A DNA stretch of 64,000 bases from the human T2T-CHM13v2.0 reference genome, Homo sapiens. The number at the start of each line of letters is the position of its first letter. Position 1 is the stretch's first letter. The notes beneath the pieces are model-generated. The model made no database searches and had not been told where the DNA came from. It saw only the letters and a list, made by a program, of their open reading frames with translations. Below are positions 39,601-52,298 of the stretch, piece by piece. A program made the position numbers and the translations under genes. The DNA is taken from assembly GCF_009914755.1 (NCBI RefSeq), contig NC_060925.1. One strand, given 5' to 3'.

Positions 39601-39789
39601 ACATGTAATAGATTATCTGTTGAGTGCCCACTATGTAATAACACTTGACTAGGAACTGGGGCCTCAGAGGTAGATAGCCACATAGCCTGCCCTCAATGAA
39701 CTTATATTCTGGTAGGAGGCATCGTAAATAAATAAGTGTGAGGGATTGCCACAGTTGGAGAGTTAATCTCTGAAGCTTTTTCTTGTTCT

Positions 39790-40250
39790 ACATCTGTTCT
39801 CTTTTCTGGTGATAGCATTTTCTCTGTGGAACTACTCCTTCACTATTAGTCTATGTGTGTCAGATGGGGCTGATCCAGGGGTGGGCAGACAAATAACACA
39901 GGCCAGGCCATGCTGAGCCTTCCATACTCTGGTCACATCAGTTGTTTCAGGATGCACATGTTTCAGGACAGGGAGGGATGGGACATGAGAACGCCTCCTG
40001 GAGCCCTGTTGAAGCTTTTATGGAAGAAACAGCTTCTTTTTGCTTGGTTGCTAGGAAAGTTAGATGTATCTGGGGACTGACTCCTGGAGAAATTTTGTGT
40101 GAGATGGAAGCCAACCCAGAGGAAAGCAGAATCAAGATGTGGAGGAAAAGACAAAGTCCCAATGATGCTGTTTGAGTACTTGCTGCATTATTATTATTAT
40201 TTACTTAAGTTGCTTTGAGTTGGGTTTCTATTAATTGCACTATAAGGTGA
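39790..40250 (+). mobile_element. Old MaLR LTR (MLT1K/L-like)
   Basis: gaagccaacccagaggaaagcaga...ttaagttgctttgagttgggtttct. Confidence 0.65.
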
Positions 40251-40344
40251 AATGACATAAAGGCTAGGATAAAGACATAGCCCCTGATGAGGAAGGGGAA
40301 TAAAAGATCATGTGGTCTTTCAGGATCACAAAACTGAAGAAATG

Positions 40345-41730
40345 ACCTAGAGCTTAATCTACAATTTATATGGATTAACAACTGCCCATAAACCACTAAG
40401 TCAAATTTGAAAAGAGGAGCAAACAGGGAGAGTCACTCTGACAGATATAGAACCATACTATAAACATACATGCAATAAACACTGTGTAATATATGTAAAA
40501 GAATAGGGAAATAAATCCATGTCACCGAAGAAAGAGTTAAAGGCAGACCCGTGTTTATTTGGAAACCTGGCATATAATAGGTGTGGCATCACAAATATAT
40601 ATGTCAATAGATTATTTAATGTCTGGTATTAGGGAAATCAGGCCACTATCTGGATAAAAAACTGTCATATTCTTATAAGACATTAAAAATTAATCTTTCA
40701 GAAGGATTAAATGTGAATGGAACTATAAAGCTAATGGGAAAGAATATCTTTGTGAGTTTGGAGTGAGGAAGGTCTTCTTAAATAAGAAAACCAAACCACA
40801 ATTCAAGAGGAAAACAGGGTGATGTATTTGACTACAATCAAATTAGATTATTTCTTTTCAATAAAAGTATGATAGATCAAATTCATTAGACTGATGACAG
40901 ACTGGGAAAAGATATTTTGCATGAACCATAACAAAAATAAGGAACTGATATCTAGATTAGAAAAAGAATTGTTAAAATTCAACAACACAGTTTGACAAAC
41001 TCCATAGAAATGGTTGAAGAATAGGAATAGACAATTCAGAGAAGAGAGATCTGAAAGGTTAACGAGTATATGAAAATTTACTCAAACTCATAAATAAGAC
41101 ATAGGCAAATTAAAATAAATATAAAATAATATTTTATATCTACCAGAATGGAAAAATTTAGAAATATTCCTGAGGACCTGGGGATGCTAGAACTCTTAAA
41201 CACTGCTGGTGAAGTATGCATTAGTGCAACCATTCTGGAGAATAACCTGGCAATATTTAGCAAAAGTGATGTTTATGGGTATACCTTGTGATCCAGGAAC
41301 TCCAGGCCTGAGTACATACCCAGAGTAATTCACACAGAGAAGGGGGCATATGCAGGGATCTTCACTGTAGCATTGTGGAGGGAGAGAGATGGAGGCATGG
41401 AAGCATGGAATGAAAGATAGTAAGAAACAATGAAATCATGAAATCTCTAGCATATCATGTAAGTAAACTCAAAACACAAAATATACCATACTACTATTTA
41501 TTTTTCAAAAATAAACTGCCCCCTATATATACCTATTATATTTTGATATCAGACACCCATTAATGGGGGTGTCTTTAGGGTTGGGGGGCATAAAGAGAGA
41601 GTGAGGGAAATGGACATGGGATCAAGCAAAAAAAGAGAATAATAAGTAAAATAAAGACTGCAGGGACTGATAATGACAGTGTGCTGTGAACTGAAAAGTA
41701 TAATCAACTCGACTCTGAGTACTTCAGGTT
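40345..41730 (+). mobile_element. L1ME-type ORF2 end and 3'UTR
   Basis: aatctacaatttatatgga..., gactgggaaaagatattttg, caaccattctggagaataacctggcaatatt. Confidence 0.75.
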
Positions 41731-42271
41731 AAATATCAAATTATAATTGAGACTAAAATTTAAAATTATAATATAATTACAATTGAGACTAAAATGCCTT
41801 AGGTGAGTAGAGGGTCGGGAATATTTTACATGAGCTGTGGTCTCATCCTACCTGGAAGTGGTACTTAACCCAAACCATCCTTAACCTGGCAGGAAGATAT
41901 TCTATTCTTCCACCTACTTGTTTGTTGAAATAAGGGAGAAATTAGATCCCACGTATAAATACTTTTCCATGTTTTAAAAAGTAAAGTAACTTAAAATGGA
42001 TATTTTTACTACTAAAATTAGGAAGCAATTTCTATTTTCTTTTAAATGAACAACTTGTTGGAAATTAGTATGCTTATTGTCTAAAATCTTTGGCCTAGAA
42101 TCAGTGCTTCTGTTTTTGTGGTAACCCTTAGTTTGGAATTGCCTAAAATATTCAGTGGTATGCAAGTTTTGGCTGTCCTCATTAGTATATGTAAATTGTA
42201 CTCTGTTTCCTCCAGATTTAAGATAAAAAAGTCACATGTCAGGAAGGAAACTATTGGGTTCTAAACGATAT

Positions 42272-43033
42272 TGAAATGGGAGCGTTCCCTGACTCCCGTC
42301 ACAGGACGTGCAACAGGGGTGTGGCTTGTTTGTTCGGCTGCTGCCACTGCTCATACCCCGTACGGGATGGGGAGCACGCAGACAAGCAGGTGCAAGAGCC
42401 TGCAAGCACTTTTGGGCTCCAGAACCAGGGTGGCATCTAGGGGTGTGTGCCTGTGACTCTCAAAGCCCAGTGGATGTGCTACAGTGCTCTTTTAGCTCTG
42501 CTGTTTGCAGACAGCTTAAGTGTCAACCAGCTCAGCACTTTCTTGGTACCAGGGTTCTTGTCTGGCATCCAGAAAAAATCAGGTCATGCGCAGAGTTGAA
42601 GGATGGTGATTGCGGGGGGGATTTTACTGGGTGATAGAGGTGGCTCTCAGCAGGATGGATAGGGAGCTGGAAAGGGGATGGAGTGGGAAGATGATCTTCC
42701 CCTGGAGTTTGGCCATCCAGTGGCCAATCTCCTCTCTGAGTGTCCCTAGCTGAACTCTTCTCGATGTTCAAACACTCCTTATCTTCTCTCCTTCTCTGCA
42801 GCGTCATTCTGCCACTCTTCTGCTCTTCTTTTTGTCTGCTCTTGGAGCCCAGGGTTTGGGGTTTGTATGGATACGGGATAGGGGGGTGTGGTGGGCCAAA
42901 AGGTAACATTTGGGTGTGAAAACAGAGATTCCTGTTTCCATTTAGGACCACGGGTTTCCAGACTTGAGGGTGGGCCTTTTGCCAGGGAAGCACCTTCTTC
43001 TACCCAATATTTCCCTGTCTCCTGTTCATATCA
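42272..43033 (-). mobile_element. LTR1-family (HUERS-P2-related ERV1) solo LTR
   Basis: The minus strand starts tgatatgaacaggagacagggaaatattgggtagaagaagg. The flanks are atat and gtat. Confidence 0.88.
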
Positions 43034-44548
43034 GTATCTTATACTCTTTTCTATTTTTTTGTACTCTGAACCCAAACCAAGGATATTTTTAGAGGACACA
43101 TGTGTTTTTTCTTTATATGACACATATCCAAACACACTGTCCCTTTTCAGCCATGGTATAAACCCTACAAACACACAAATAACATGACACTCAAGGATCT
43201 GGCAAATTGTATTGAAAGAAGATCCTAAGGAGGTTTTCAGGGAGGAAAGGGCTTTATTTTTCTTGTTCTGTTCTGTATCCCCATGCCTAGTACCTGGAGC
43301 ATAGTAGGTGCTCAATACGTATTTATGGAATGAGTGAATATACAGATGAACATGTACACACATATCTGTAAGCACACACCTATTTGTCTTTGGTCTGCAA
43401 TCCATTGTCACAATTCACTTTTTCTTTTTTTTCTCCCTTTTAAGAATTAGTCAGTCAACATACTCTTCACTAATATCTCATGATGTACAGACATCAATAT
43501 ATGATCTATGCGAGTTGACGGAGAGAATGACATGGAATTATAAAACAGTTCTCATGGCTGAGAAGCTTGTGATCTAATAGGGCAAACACATATAAGAATA
43601 AAAACCAGGAAACATTTTAGCACTAATAATACTGTTTGGAAACTTATGAGAAAAAGGGAGTGAGTGCGTTGGCAGGAGGTGGGGGAGCTACCCCCCATGT
43701 ACCATCCCATGGCAGCTAGCCTACACAAAGCCATGGACAAGTCACTGGTGGAGGCCTCACTATTCTGACCAGCTGCTAGTGAGAAATGGGCTCTTCCCAG
43801 CCAGAAGAGGCTGTCAGAAAGGCACAGGCACTTAACAGGTTTCAACTGAGCTTCCACAGACACATCCTCTAAGGAGTAGAAAACTCCATTCCAGACCCAA
43901 GGAGGCCAAAAGGGTTCCCGTATACATGAACAGGAATACTGTGGCAAAAAAACCAATAATACAATGACGGAAATCCTTAGCTTTGTGTCCAGGGAAAGCT
44001 TGGTTTAGCTGTGAGTGAGTGAAACCAGCTCAATAAACGTCAGCAATTTGAAGACATCTGGTCTTTATTTTTGGACTTTGGTACACTGAAGAGGATTATG
44101 GTTATACGATGTAGAGGCCATTTAGTTTTGTCAATCTACAGGATTTCTTATAATATGAATCCCTCACACTTAGAATAGAACCTTGCTCTCCAAAGTTGCC
44201 TGGAAATTTTTAAATATTAACTCTTCATCTCCCAGAGTGATTTTCTGAAGGAAGTTTTATCCTCAAAGGAAGGAAAGAGATTGTTTTAATAGACAAATTG
44301 AGTTATGGAGTAGATATTTATTTTACCCTGGTTGGTGGAACCTCCAAGAACTTCAATATTCTGTGACAGCCAAAAGGAATTCTTCTGTTCTTCTTGCTAA
44401 ACTCTGATGTTATTTTTTTTCTCTCTCTCTTTTGTCTTCTCTTTTGGCTTCTGTTTGTCTTTAGCCATCCCCTACCTATGCTTAAAAATTATTAATCTGA
44501 TAGTTATTGGTGATCTGATATTTACTTTCCATCCACCACCCTTTGTAT

Positions 44549-45342
44549 TGAGATGGGAAAGTTCCCTTGACCCCCTTGTGGGACTTGTGACAAAGGTGGC
44601 TCATTTACTCAGCCATCAAGCTCAAACCCCTTGCAGGAGGGGGAGCACACAGGTGAGTGAGTTCAGGAGCAAGGGCTAGTGCCAACAGGAATGAACCCTG
44701 TACCATCCCATGGCAGCATCTAGGGGTTGTCTGTGACCTCTGGAGCCCCAAAGGGGCATGTGTTATAATCAGTGATCTTTTAGCTTTTGCTGTCCATGGA
44801 TGGCTAAGTGTTAAACAGCTCAGTGGAGAGTCAGTGTGACAGCCTCTTGCACCTGCATCCAGATCCTTGTCTGGTGCCCAAGAGCAATGAGATCACACAG
44901 ACTTGAAGGATGGTGAATGCAGAGATTTTATTGCATGGTAGAAGTGGCTCTCAGCAGGATGGGGAGCTGGAAAGGGGATGGAATGGGAAGATAATTTTCC
45001 CCTGGAATTCAGCTGTCGCCAGCCAAACTCCTCTCTGATCATCCCCGCCCAAATTCCTCTCCAATGTTCAGCTGCCTCTTTTCCTCTTGATGTTCAGACA
45101 CCGTTTCTCTTCTCTCCTCTGCCACACTGCTCTGCTCCTCTGCCAGTGGAGCTTGGGGTTTTTATGGGTAGAGGATGGGGGGGGTGTGGCAGGTTAGGGT
45201 GTTTTGGAAAAAGCAACATTTGGGAGGGAAAATAGGAATGCATGTTCTCATTTAGGGCTGTGGGTCCAGGCTTGAGGGTGGAGCCCTCACCAAGAATCCT
45301 ACCCTTTTCTACCCCGTGTTTCCCTGCCTCCTGTCCATATCA
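44549..45342 (-). mobile_element. LTR1/LTR27/LTR28-family solo LTR (different subfamily from 42272)
   Basis: The minus strand starts tgatatggacaggaggcagggaaacacggggtagaaaaggg. The flanks are gtat and atat. Confidence 0.85.
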
Positions 45343-46091
45343 ATATCCACTGGCTAATGACCTGGTGCCTCCCCCAACCCTCTTTATGTCTCCCATGTTC
45401 CCCCACTTTTTTTTTGTTTGTTTTACCTTTCTAGCCCATCATTTCTGACATTCTCTACTTCCCCTGTTAATACCTGTGTTGAGTTCCATTGCCCAGGGCT
45501 CTGCCAGGTGATTGACTGTATTAGACAATTTGTAGCAAACCTGTTGATAGCCTACAAGTGGCTCAGGGGCTTCCCCCTGTCTGATAACATTTGCATTTTC
45601 ATTGGGGATTTCAATGTCAAAAAGGTCAGTTGGGGATTCCTACACCTTGGCAGGCTTTACTCTTGATTTTTCTCCCCATCTGGCTGCCCATTGAGCCATG
45701 TTTAGAGCGGCATCTGCTCTCAGGTCATGGCTGCTGCAAGCTGGTTGGACTTATCGCTGTCTTATTCCAGTGCTTTTTCAGTTAACATGGTGTTTTTCAA
45801 TCTATTCTAAAAGCAAAGGGCACAGGAAAAGACAGTAGGCAGAGGCAAGGAAACATTGCAAATTGGATAAAGAGCCAGGCCACTGGGCTGAGGTATTCTG
45901 TCTGTGGAAAGGCCCATTGGGTACCAATGGTATTGCTGTCCATTAAAGAAAATCCATAGGCTTTTTAAAAATGCATTTTCACCTTAATATAGCAGGAACA
46001 GCCACTCTGCCATGCAATTCCTGAGGATTTATGGCTGGCTGGGGTTAATGGTTTGAGGTGTTATTCTTTTCTGTGCCTCATTAATCCCCAG

Positions 46092-46282
46092 GAAGTGCCT
46101 GTGCTGAGATGGTTATTCAGCTCAGTTGGGCTCCAGAGGCACCAGTGTTCCCCACTCCACCTCCAAAGTGGCTGCAGGGGCCAGGCCACAGGAGCTCTCA
46201 GCTCTGACACAGGCTCTGTCTGGACCACCGTGTCCCTCAGAGCCTGGGTTAGTGACTCCACAAATGGCATTATGAATCCTAG
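46092..46282 (+). other. Candidate (probably non-coding) exon with tandem donors
   Basis: A pyrimidine tract ends in ...ccccAG at 46091. Donors are tag|gtgagt (46283) and tag|gtaagt (46294). Confidence 0.3.
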
Positions 46283-47659
46283 GTGAGTCCTAGGTAAGTT
46301 TTGGCAGCCATTTTTCTTGGTTACTGGCATTGTTGATATGACTCTATGGCTTCCCCCTTTATCCTTTACCACAGAAAATTTGAAAAAGACACAGTTGGCC
46401 TCGTCTGAGAAGGAGAAGTGTGAGTGCAATGCTCCTTATCCACAGATGACAGAAGGGACTGATCCACTGATGGGGCAGAACTGATAACAGGACAGAGTCT
46501 TTAAGCAGCACAAGGTGCTTTCTGATGATCACAATGTATTGCATTTTGGTTGGGGGAATTCTAACTTTTTGGAGACATTAGTGTTTATAAAATATTCTCC
46601 TATACCTTTCTGTCCCACCTTCCTCCCTTCTACAAATATTAATTGAGCACTTACTAAGGTACCAGTATAGATATTGAGGACACAACCATGAACAAGAGGA
46701 ACAAGGCTCCTGTCTTCAGGTTTTTGACATTTAAGTTTGCTTGAGGTCTGTGTGTGTGAAGGCCAGAAAATAAACATATAAACATTTAATCTTTTAACAA
46801 ACCCATGGCTCAGGCAGAATAGGTGTACCCATATCTATTTCATAAATAAGAGACCTGAAACTTTGGAGAGGTCAATGATCTTTTCAGGTTAGCCAGTTTG
46901 TGCATTCATTAGCTTATCTATCAGACAGATTTACCAACACCAGTCATCTCTCAGCTCATCTCCTAGACTTTTGAGTTATAAAGATGACTAGGGTATGGGT
47001 CCTGCCTTCCAAGGCTCACAATACAGTGGTAAAGCAGCCACACAGACAAAAATATTCTAATCTGATAACTGCTATAATGGGACCTTTGCTTGCAAAATAG
47101 GGGCTTGAAAGAAGCATCTGCCTGAGGGAGACAATCAAGGTCAGCCACAAGTCTAAGGCTGGGAGAACGTGCTCAATAACACTTGTTGGATTGAATTGAG
47201 TCAGCTATTCAAGGCTGGCTTCACTATCTGGTTTAAAAAGTGTCCCCAGGACATCAGAATCATATATTCAAATAAAGCAAAAATAATCTCATTCCAAACC
47301 AAAATAGAAATTGTTTGTTCCACTTTTGGTCAGGCTTCCTGCTTTTATGTGATTAATTAAAAACAGGGTAGCCACTAAGCTGCAATATAAATGACAAATT
47401 ATTTATGTCTTATTTATTAATGTAAAAATGCCCAGAAATTCCTCCTAGAGTCTGTTTCATCCACCCTCATCCTTCCTGTATACCTCCCTACCTCCATTAG
47501 TCTGGCTGTAATTGAGAAATACTTACACCTAGCCTCAACCATAGCAATGTAGAAAGAGCCATTAAACTAAACTCAGGAAACCTGGGTTTTTGTCCCGGGC
47601 CTGTGATTAGCTAAAATTCTGACCATGGGTAAGTAACTTCAGCTTTTTTTCCCCCTTTA

Positions 47660-48019
47660 TTTTCCTTTCCTTTCCTTTCATTTCCTTTCCCTTCCTTTCC
47701 TTTCCTTTCTCTATCTCCCTCTATTTCTTTCTTTCTTTTTTTTTTTGATACAGGGTTTTGCTCTGTCTTCCAGGCTGGAGTGCAGTGGTATGATCAAATC
47801 TCTGCAGGCTTGATCTCTGAGGCTCAAGCAATCTTCCCACTTCAGCCCTTCTTAGTAGTTGGGACCACAAGCATGCACCACTACACCTGGTTAATTTTTA
47901 AATTTTTTGTAGAGATGGGCCCTCCTTATGTGGCCCAGGTTGGTCTTGAACTCAAGTGATTCTCCTGTCTCAACCTTCCAAAGTGCTGGAATTATAGGCA
48001 TGAGCCACTGTGCCTGGCC
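47660..48019 (-). mobile_element. AluJ with a (TTTCC)n-expanded tail, inserted in a MIR
   Basis: Reverse Alu ending gagccactgtgcctggcc, with a polypyrimidine tail at about 47660-47746. MIR sequence lies on both sides. Confidence 0.9.
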
Positions 48020-48115
48020 TCACTTAACCTCTTGATGTTTCAGTTTCCTAAATTATAAACTGAGATTGAATACTTGTCCTATCTTACATCACATGTTCTT
48101 GTAAGGACCAAGTGG

Positions 48116-48691
48116 TAATACTGGGTGGTAGCTGGAGAATGGAGCAGTTAGCAGTTTCACATGACTAGCAAAAGGAAATTGTTGAAATAGCTGCATAAAC
48201 TAGGGGCTGATAAGATCCTGAAAACCAGATGTAGGCTAAGCTGGCTAAGACCAACTGGACCCAAAATGGTGCTGGATTTGACATGGGTTTCACCTATAAC
48301 CTCATTATATGTTCATTAACTTACTAAATCACACACCCACCAGTGCCGTGATAGTCCGGGAACACCCAAATTGGTGTAAAAATGGGTGGTACCACAGTTC
48401 CAGGAAATGTTCACCTTTTCCCAGGAATCTTCATGAATATTCCACCTCTTAGTTAAAGAAACTCATAAAGATGGAAACCCTGAACCCCACTGGGCATGAC
48501 TCTCTCTCTTGAGTAGGCACACACTCCCTTTTCTCGGGTGTGTACTTTTTGCTTTGTGATACATCTCTGCACTTTCAGTATTTTCCAACTCATCCTTAAA
48601 TTCCTTCTCACAACAGTGTCAAGAGCCTGGACGCCAGCCAGGATTGAGGTCCTACGGGTGTTTGGGGACCTCCCCAAGCCCACGAGTATCA
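48116..48691 (+). mobile_element. ERV1 solo LTR, MER41-related (MER4 group); subfamily uncertain
   Basis: Termini taatac...gtatca with a 4-bp TSD (gtgg/atgg). It contains the MER41-like ctcattata...cacacacccaccagtgccgtga. Confidence 0.75.
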
Positions 48692-49714
48692 ATGGCAGTA
48701 TCAATTGTCTGTGACAGTGATTAAGGAGCAAAACACTTGGTATGTATTGGGGGTGTCACTACTATTACCATAGCATGTCTGCTGACTGAACAAGATGCTG
48801 GACGTTTGCTAACTTGGCTTGTGCAGGGGGGTGTTAGACTTCTTGTATTCTTTTGGCATCAGAGGGCTGGGACGCAGCCCTGTAAGCGGGGATGAGCATC
48901 TCCCTTTAGCATCATTGTTCCCATCCAAGGGTCAGGCTCCCACTTAATGGCTCAGTTTCTCCAGTCTAATAACTTGTAACAAATTGTCTCATTTTTCTTT
49001 GATAAGTGACAACCTTTGGCTGCCTGGTCTTCTTTTAGGCTGCAACTGCTTCTGTGAGCTGGCAACTCCAGTTCTCCTGGGCCTCATCCAGGCCTGTGCA
49101 GGGAGACCATGGAGGGGATTAGGATGAGGGTTATTCACATCCTCTGCAGACACCTTCTCATGTTCAGTGTCTGCTTGGCTGGCATTAAAGGCAGAGGGAG
49201 TGCTGAGGATGAGTGTGTGTGGGGTGCAGGAAGGAAAGGATGGGTAAGGAGAGTTCTATTGCTAAGCTTAGGGTTATGAGAGGAAAAGTAGGTTGAGGCA
49301 AAAGCAGTGAGGGAGGATATAATTGAGCCAAATATCTTATTGGAACAGACAGAAGTGATAATATTTATTTCTTCTATAGATGCACTGATCATGTTGTCCA
49401 GATCAAAAATAGAAACTGTGGACTATGATCTAACAGATACATTTTTGAGGACAACAGGACAGTGTAGTTTGAATATAAACTCTCTGGGAAAATTCTGGAA
49501 CAGTGATTTCTTATGCCTATGACCTCATACTCTCCCATAATTTCTTCTTCTTCTTTTAAAAATTTAACCTCTAGGAGTACAGAACACTCCCATAATTTCA
49601 AATCTTGCTGAGTCTAGTTTTGCCATTGGGCACAGTTGAGAAGTCTGTTTGTATTTATTCTATCTACTCATTCTTTCTTTCCTTTCAACAAGTATTTATT
49701 GAGCACCTACAATG

Positions 49715-49889
49715 TATGGCCCACTTCATGGGTGTGGGATCTCTGTAGTCACACAGGGCCCTACACTTAGGAGGGCCCTGTGCTTGGTTCAATGCACTGT
49801 TAACATCTTGAAATTTGTAATATTTCTCAAACAAGAAGTTCTGAATTTTTATTTTGCACCAGGCCTTGTAAATTATGTTTCTGGTCCAG
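49715..49889 (+). mobile_element. MER53 hAT MITE inserted in L2
   Basis: cttcatgggtgtg...cacagggccc...agggccctgtgcttggtt...attttgcaccaggcc...aaattatgt matches MER53. Confidence 0.85.
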
Positions 49890-50109
49890 ATGAGGTACGA
49901 TATTGGGTGTTGAGGATACAAAGATGAAAAGATATAGCTTTTTCCCAAACTCTCTCTAGCTGCCACCAGCTCTTTGCTTAGGAAATACCCCAGGTGCTGG
50001 ACATGGCTCTCCGCATAGTTATCTGCTAAACACTGCCTTAGCTACCTGGGAGTTTGAAGAGTTTCTTCTTAACTAGTTCACTGTAAAGCATTCCAAATCA
50101 TATAAATAG

Positions 50110-50830
50110 TTTTTTAATTATAAAAATAATAGAAGTTACTGTAGAAAGTTAGAACTATGCAGAAAAATTTGAAGAAGAAACTATAAAACAATCCATAATC
50201 CCAATATCCATATGCAGTGGTTATCACCGGATAGGTGGCTGGATAGTGGTTATTGCTGGATAGGTGTTTTCACTTTGAATTATTCATATTTATATTTTTA
50301 AATAAAAGTAGGATTCTAATACACGTATAATTTTATAATCTTGCATTTTCACTTAAAATTGCATATTTGCTATTTCCCAAGACATAAAATAATTTCCAAA
50401 ACATGGTGTTCTGTGTTTGTTGCATTCTGACATGTGGATGTGCCATGATATATTTTCTTCCTTCCCATTTTTTGGGGTACATCTAAGTTGTTTTCAACTT
50501 TTTGCTGTGGTAAATGCTACTTGGATGAGCATCCCTATATATAAATCTTTGTCTGCTTCTTTGGTTATTTTCTTAGGATACACTTCAAAAAGCAAGATGA
50601 CTAGTTAAAAGTGTATGGAGAGGCATGACACACATGCAAATCATTTCCAGAAGACTGCAACAACTTATACTCTCACCAGTAGTGAATGGGAGACCCTATT
50701 TCACAGGTCTCCCTATACTGGCTATTTTTTATTTTTCAAAGTGGTTGTCCAAGTTGACAGGTGACAACGTTTATTTGATTACTTGTTAGATTAGACGCAT
50801 TTTTTCCTATATTTATTGGGCACATATATC
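50110..50830 (-). mobile_element. L1ME-type fragment
   Basis: catctaagttgttttcaactttttgctgtggtaaatgct...aacttatactctcaccagtagtg. Confidence 0.65.
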
Positions 50831-50959
50831 ACCTGTTTTTTCTTCAAAGGCTGCAAAAACTCTGAAATTTAATTCATACTTCAATATTTAATACAAAGTT
50901 ACCTTTTTTATTGTTTCTTTTCTACTGTAACCTCATGCCTATCCTGACCCAGGCCATTC

Positions 50960-51232
50960 TTTTTTTTTTTTTTTAACTTTTAAGTTCAGGAGTACATGTG
51001 CAGGTTTGTTATATAGGTAAACTTGTGTCATGGGTTTTTTTTTGCATAGGTTATTTCATCACACAGGTATTAAGCCTAGTACCCATTAGTTATTTTTCCT
51101 GATCCTCTCCCTCCTGCCACTCTCCACCTTCCGGTAGGCCCCAGTGTGTGTTGTTCCCCTCTATGTGTCATGTGTTCTCATCATTTAGCTTCCTTTTGCG
51201 AGAACATGTGGTATCTGGTTTTCTGTTCCTGT
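50960..51232 (-). mobile_element. 5'-truncated L1PA13-like 3' end
   Basis: Poly-T followed by aacttttaagttcaggagtacatgtgcaggtttgttatataggtaaacttgtgtcatggg. Confidence 0.9.
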
Positions 51233-52298
51233 ATATCATTTTTTTTATAAGTTGTCTTATCAGACTTTTTGTTCATTCTCCTATCAGAGTGCTCCACTTT
51301 TTCTTAGTTATCTATAAATTAGTTATCTATTAAATGTCTTAGGTTTTAAAAAATGTATTAGGCAACATGCAGAATTAGGTCTAAGTGACAGATAATACAT
51401 GCGTGTTTAACATGTTATCTCTGCTGAAGGGTATTACCTTTAATAATTCTTCAAACTTGAAGAATTATTTTCTATATAAAAACTTCATATAGAAGCTTAA
51501 TGAGGTCCTATATGGGAATGAATTATTGCAAAGAAAATGAAATTCCTGTAATTGGAAAAATTGCTGCAAAGGCCAAATGAACATCGGCCAAGCTACTGTG
51601 GAAGGATTCTTGTGCTAGGCAAGAGGTTGGACTGAGTGAGTAATGTCCAATCATTTTTGATTCTCTTTCTATAATTCTAATGATAAAATTTCAAGCACCA
51701 TCATCTGATTGGCTAGGGTCCTTCCAATTCTAATTTATGAGTAGTTACCTCCAGGTACATTCAGGCCTCCCTGGGTCAAGTAAGTTATCATATTAAATAT
51801 TAATATTAGTATATTATGTGAGATGAAAAGAGATTAAGTTTCAAATGGTATGATAAAGAGGAACCATACTTACATATTACAGGGAGTCAGAAAAGAAGGA
51901 ATCTGATGAGTGCTTTAGAAATCAGGGAAGGTCTCATGGAGAGAGTGAGCCTTGAATGAATCAGAGTCTGTGCAGCAGAGAGAGGTATGAAGGCTTTCTA
52001 GGTGCAGAGAACAACAATGTGGTTTGCCATGGGCTATGAACCCCACCTAGGGGTGGCCCTGTGTATCTGTCGCAGCACAGACCGAAGGCCAAATCAGTGC
52101 AAAAGGGGATTTGTCATCTTGGAAAGCCAAAAATTCCCTGCAACGTGGAGGGAGAAAAAGAGTTTCCAGAGCCAAGGGCAACTTCCCTCTGGACTCCACA
52201 GTGAAATTCTGGTGTTAGGCTCACCTGTTTTGCATAGAAATCCTAAATTGTATTTTGTAGCTCTGAGACCATATGGGAGGTCCAACCCTTCTGCGAAA

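Noticed and set aside
41746-41795. aattgagactaaaat repeated twice
   Set aside because: A short AT-rich local duplication with no further structure.
42272-45342. A single provirus with two LTRs
   Set aside because: The LTRs are too different, and the spacer contains L2 and unique DNA with no PBS or gag/pol remnants visible.
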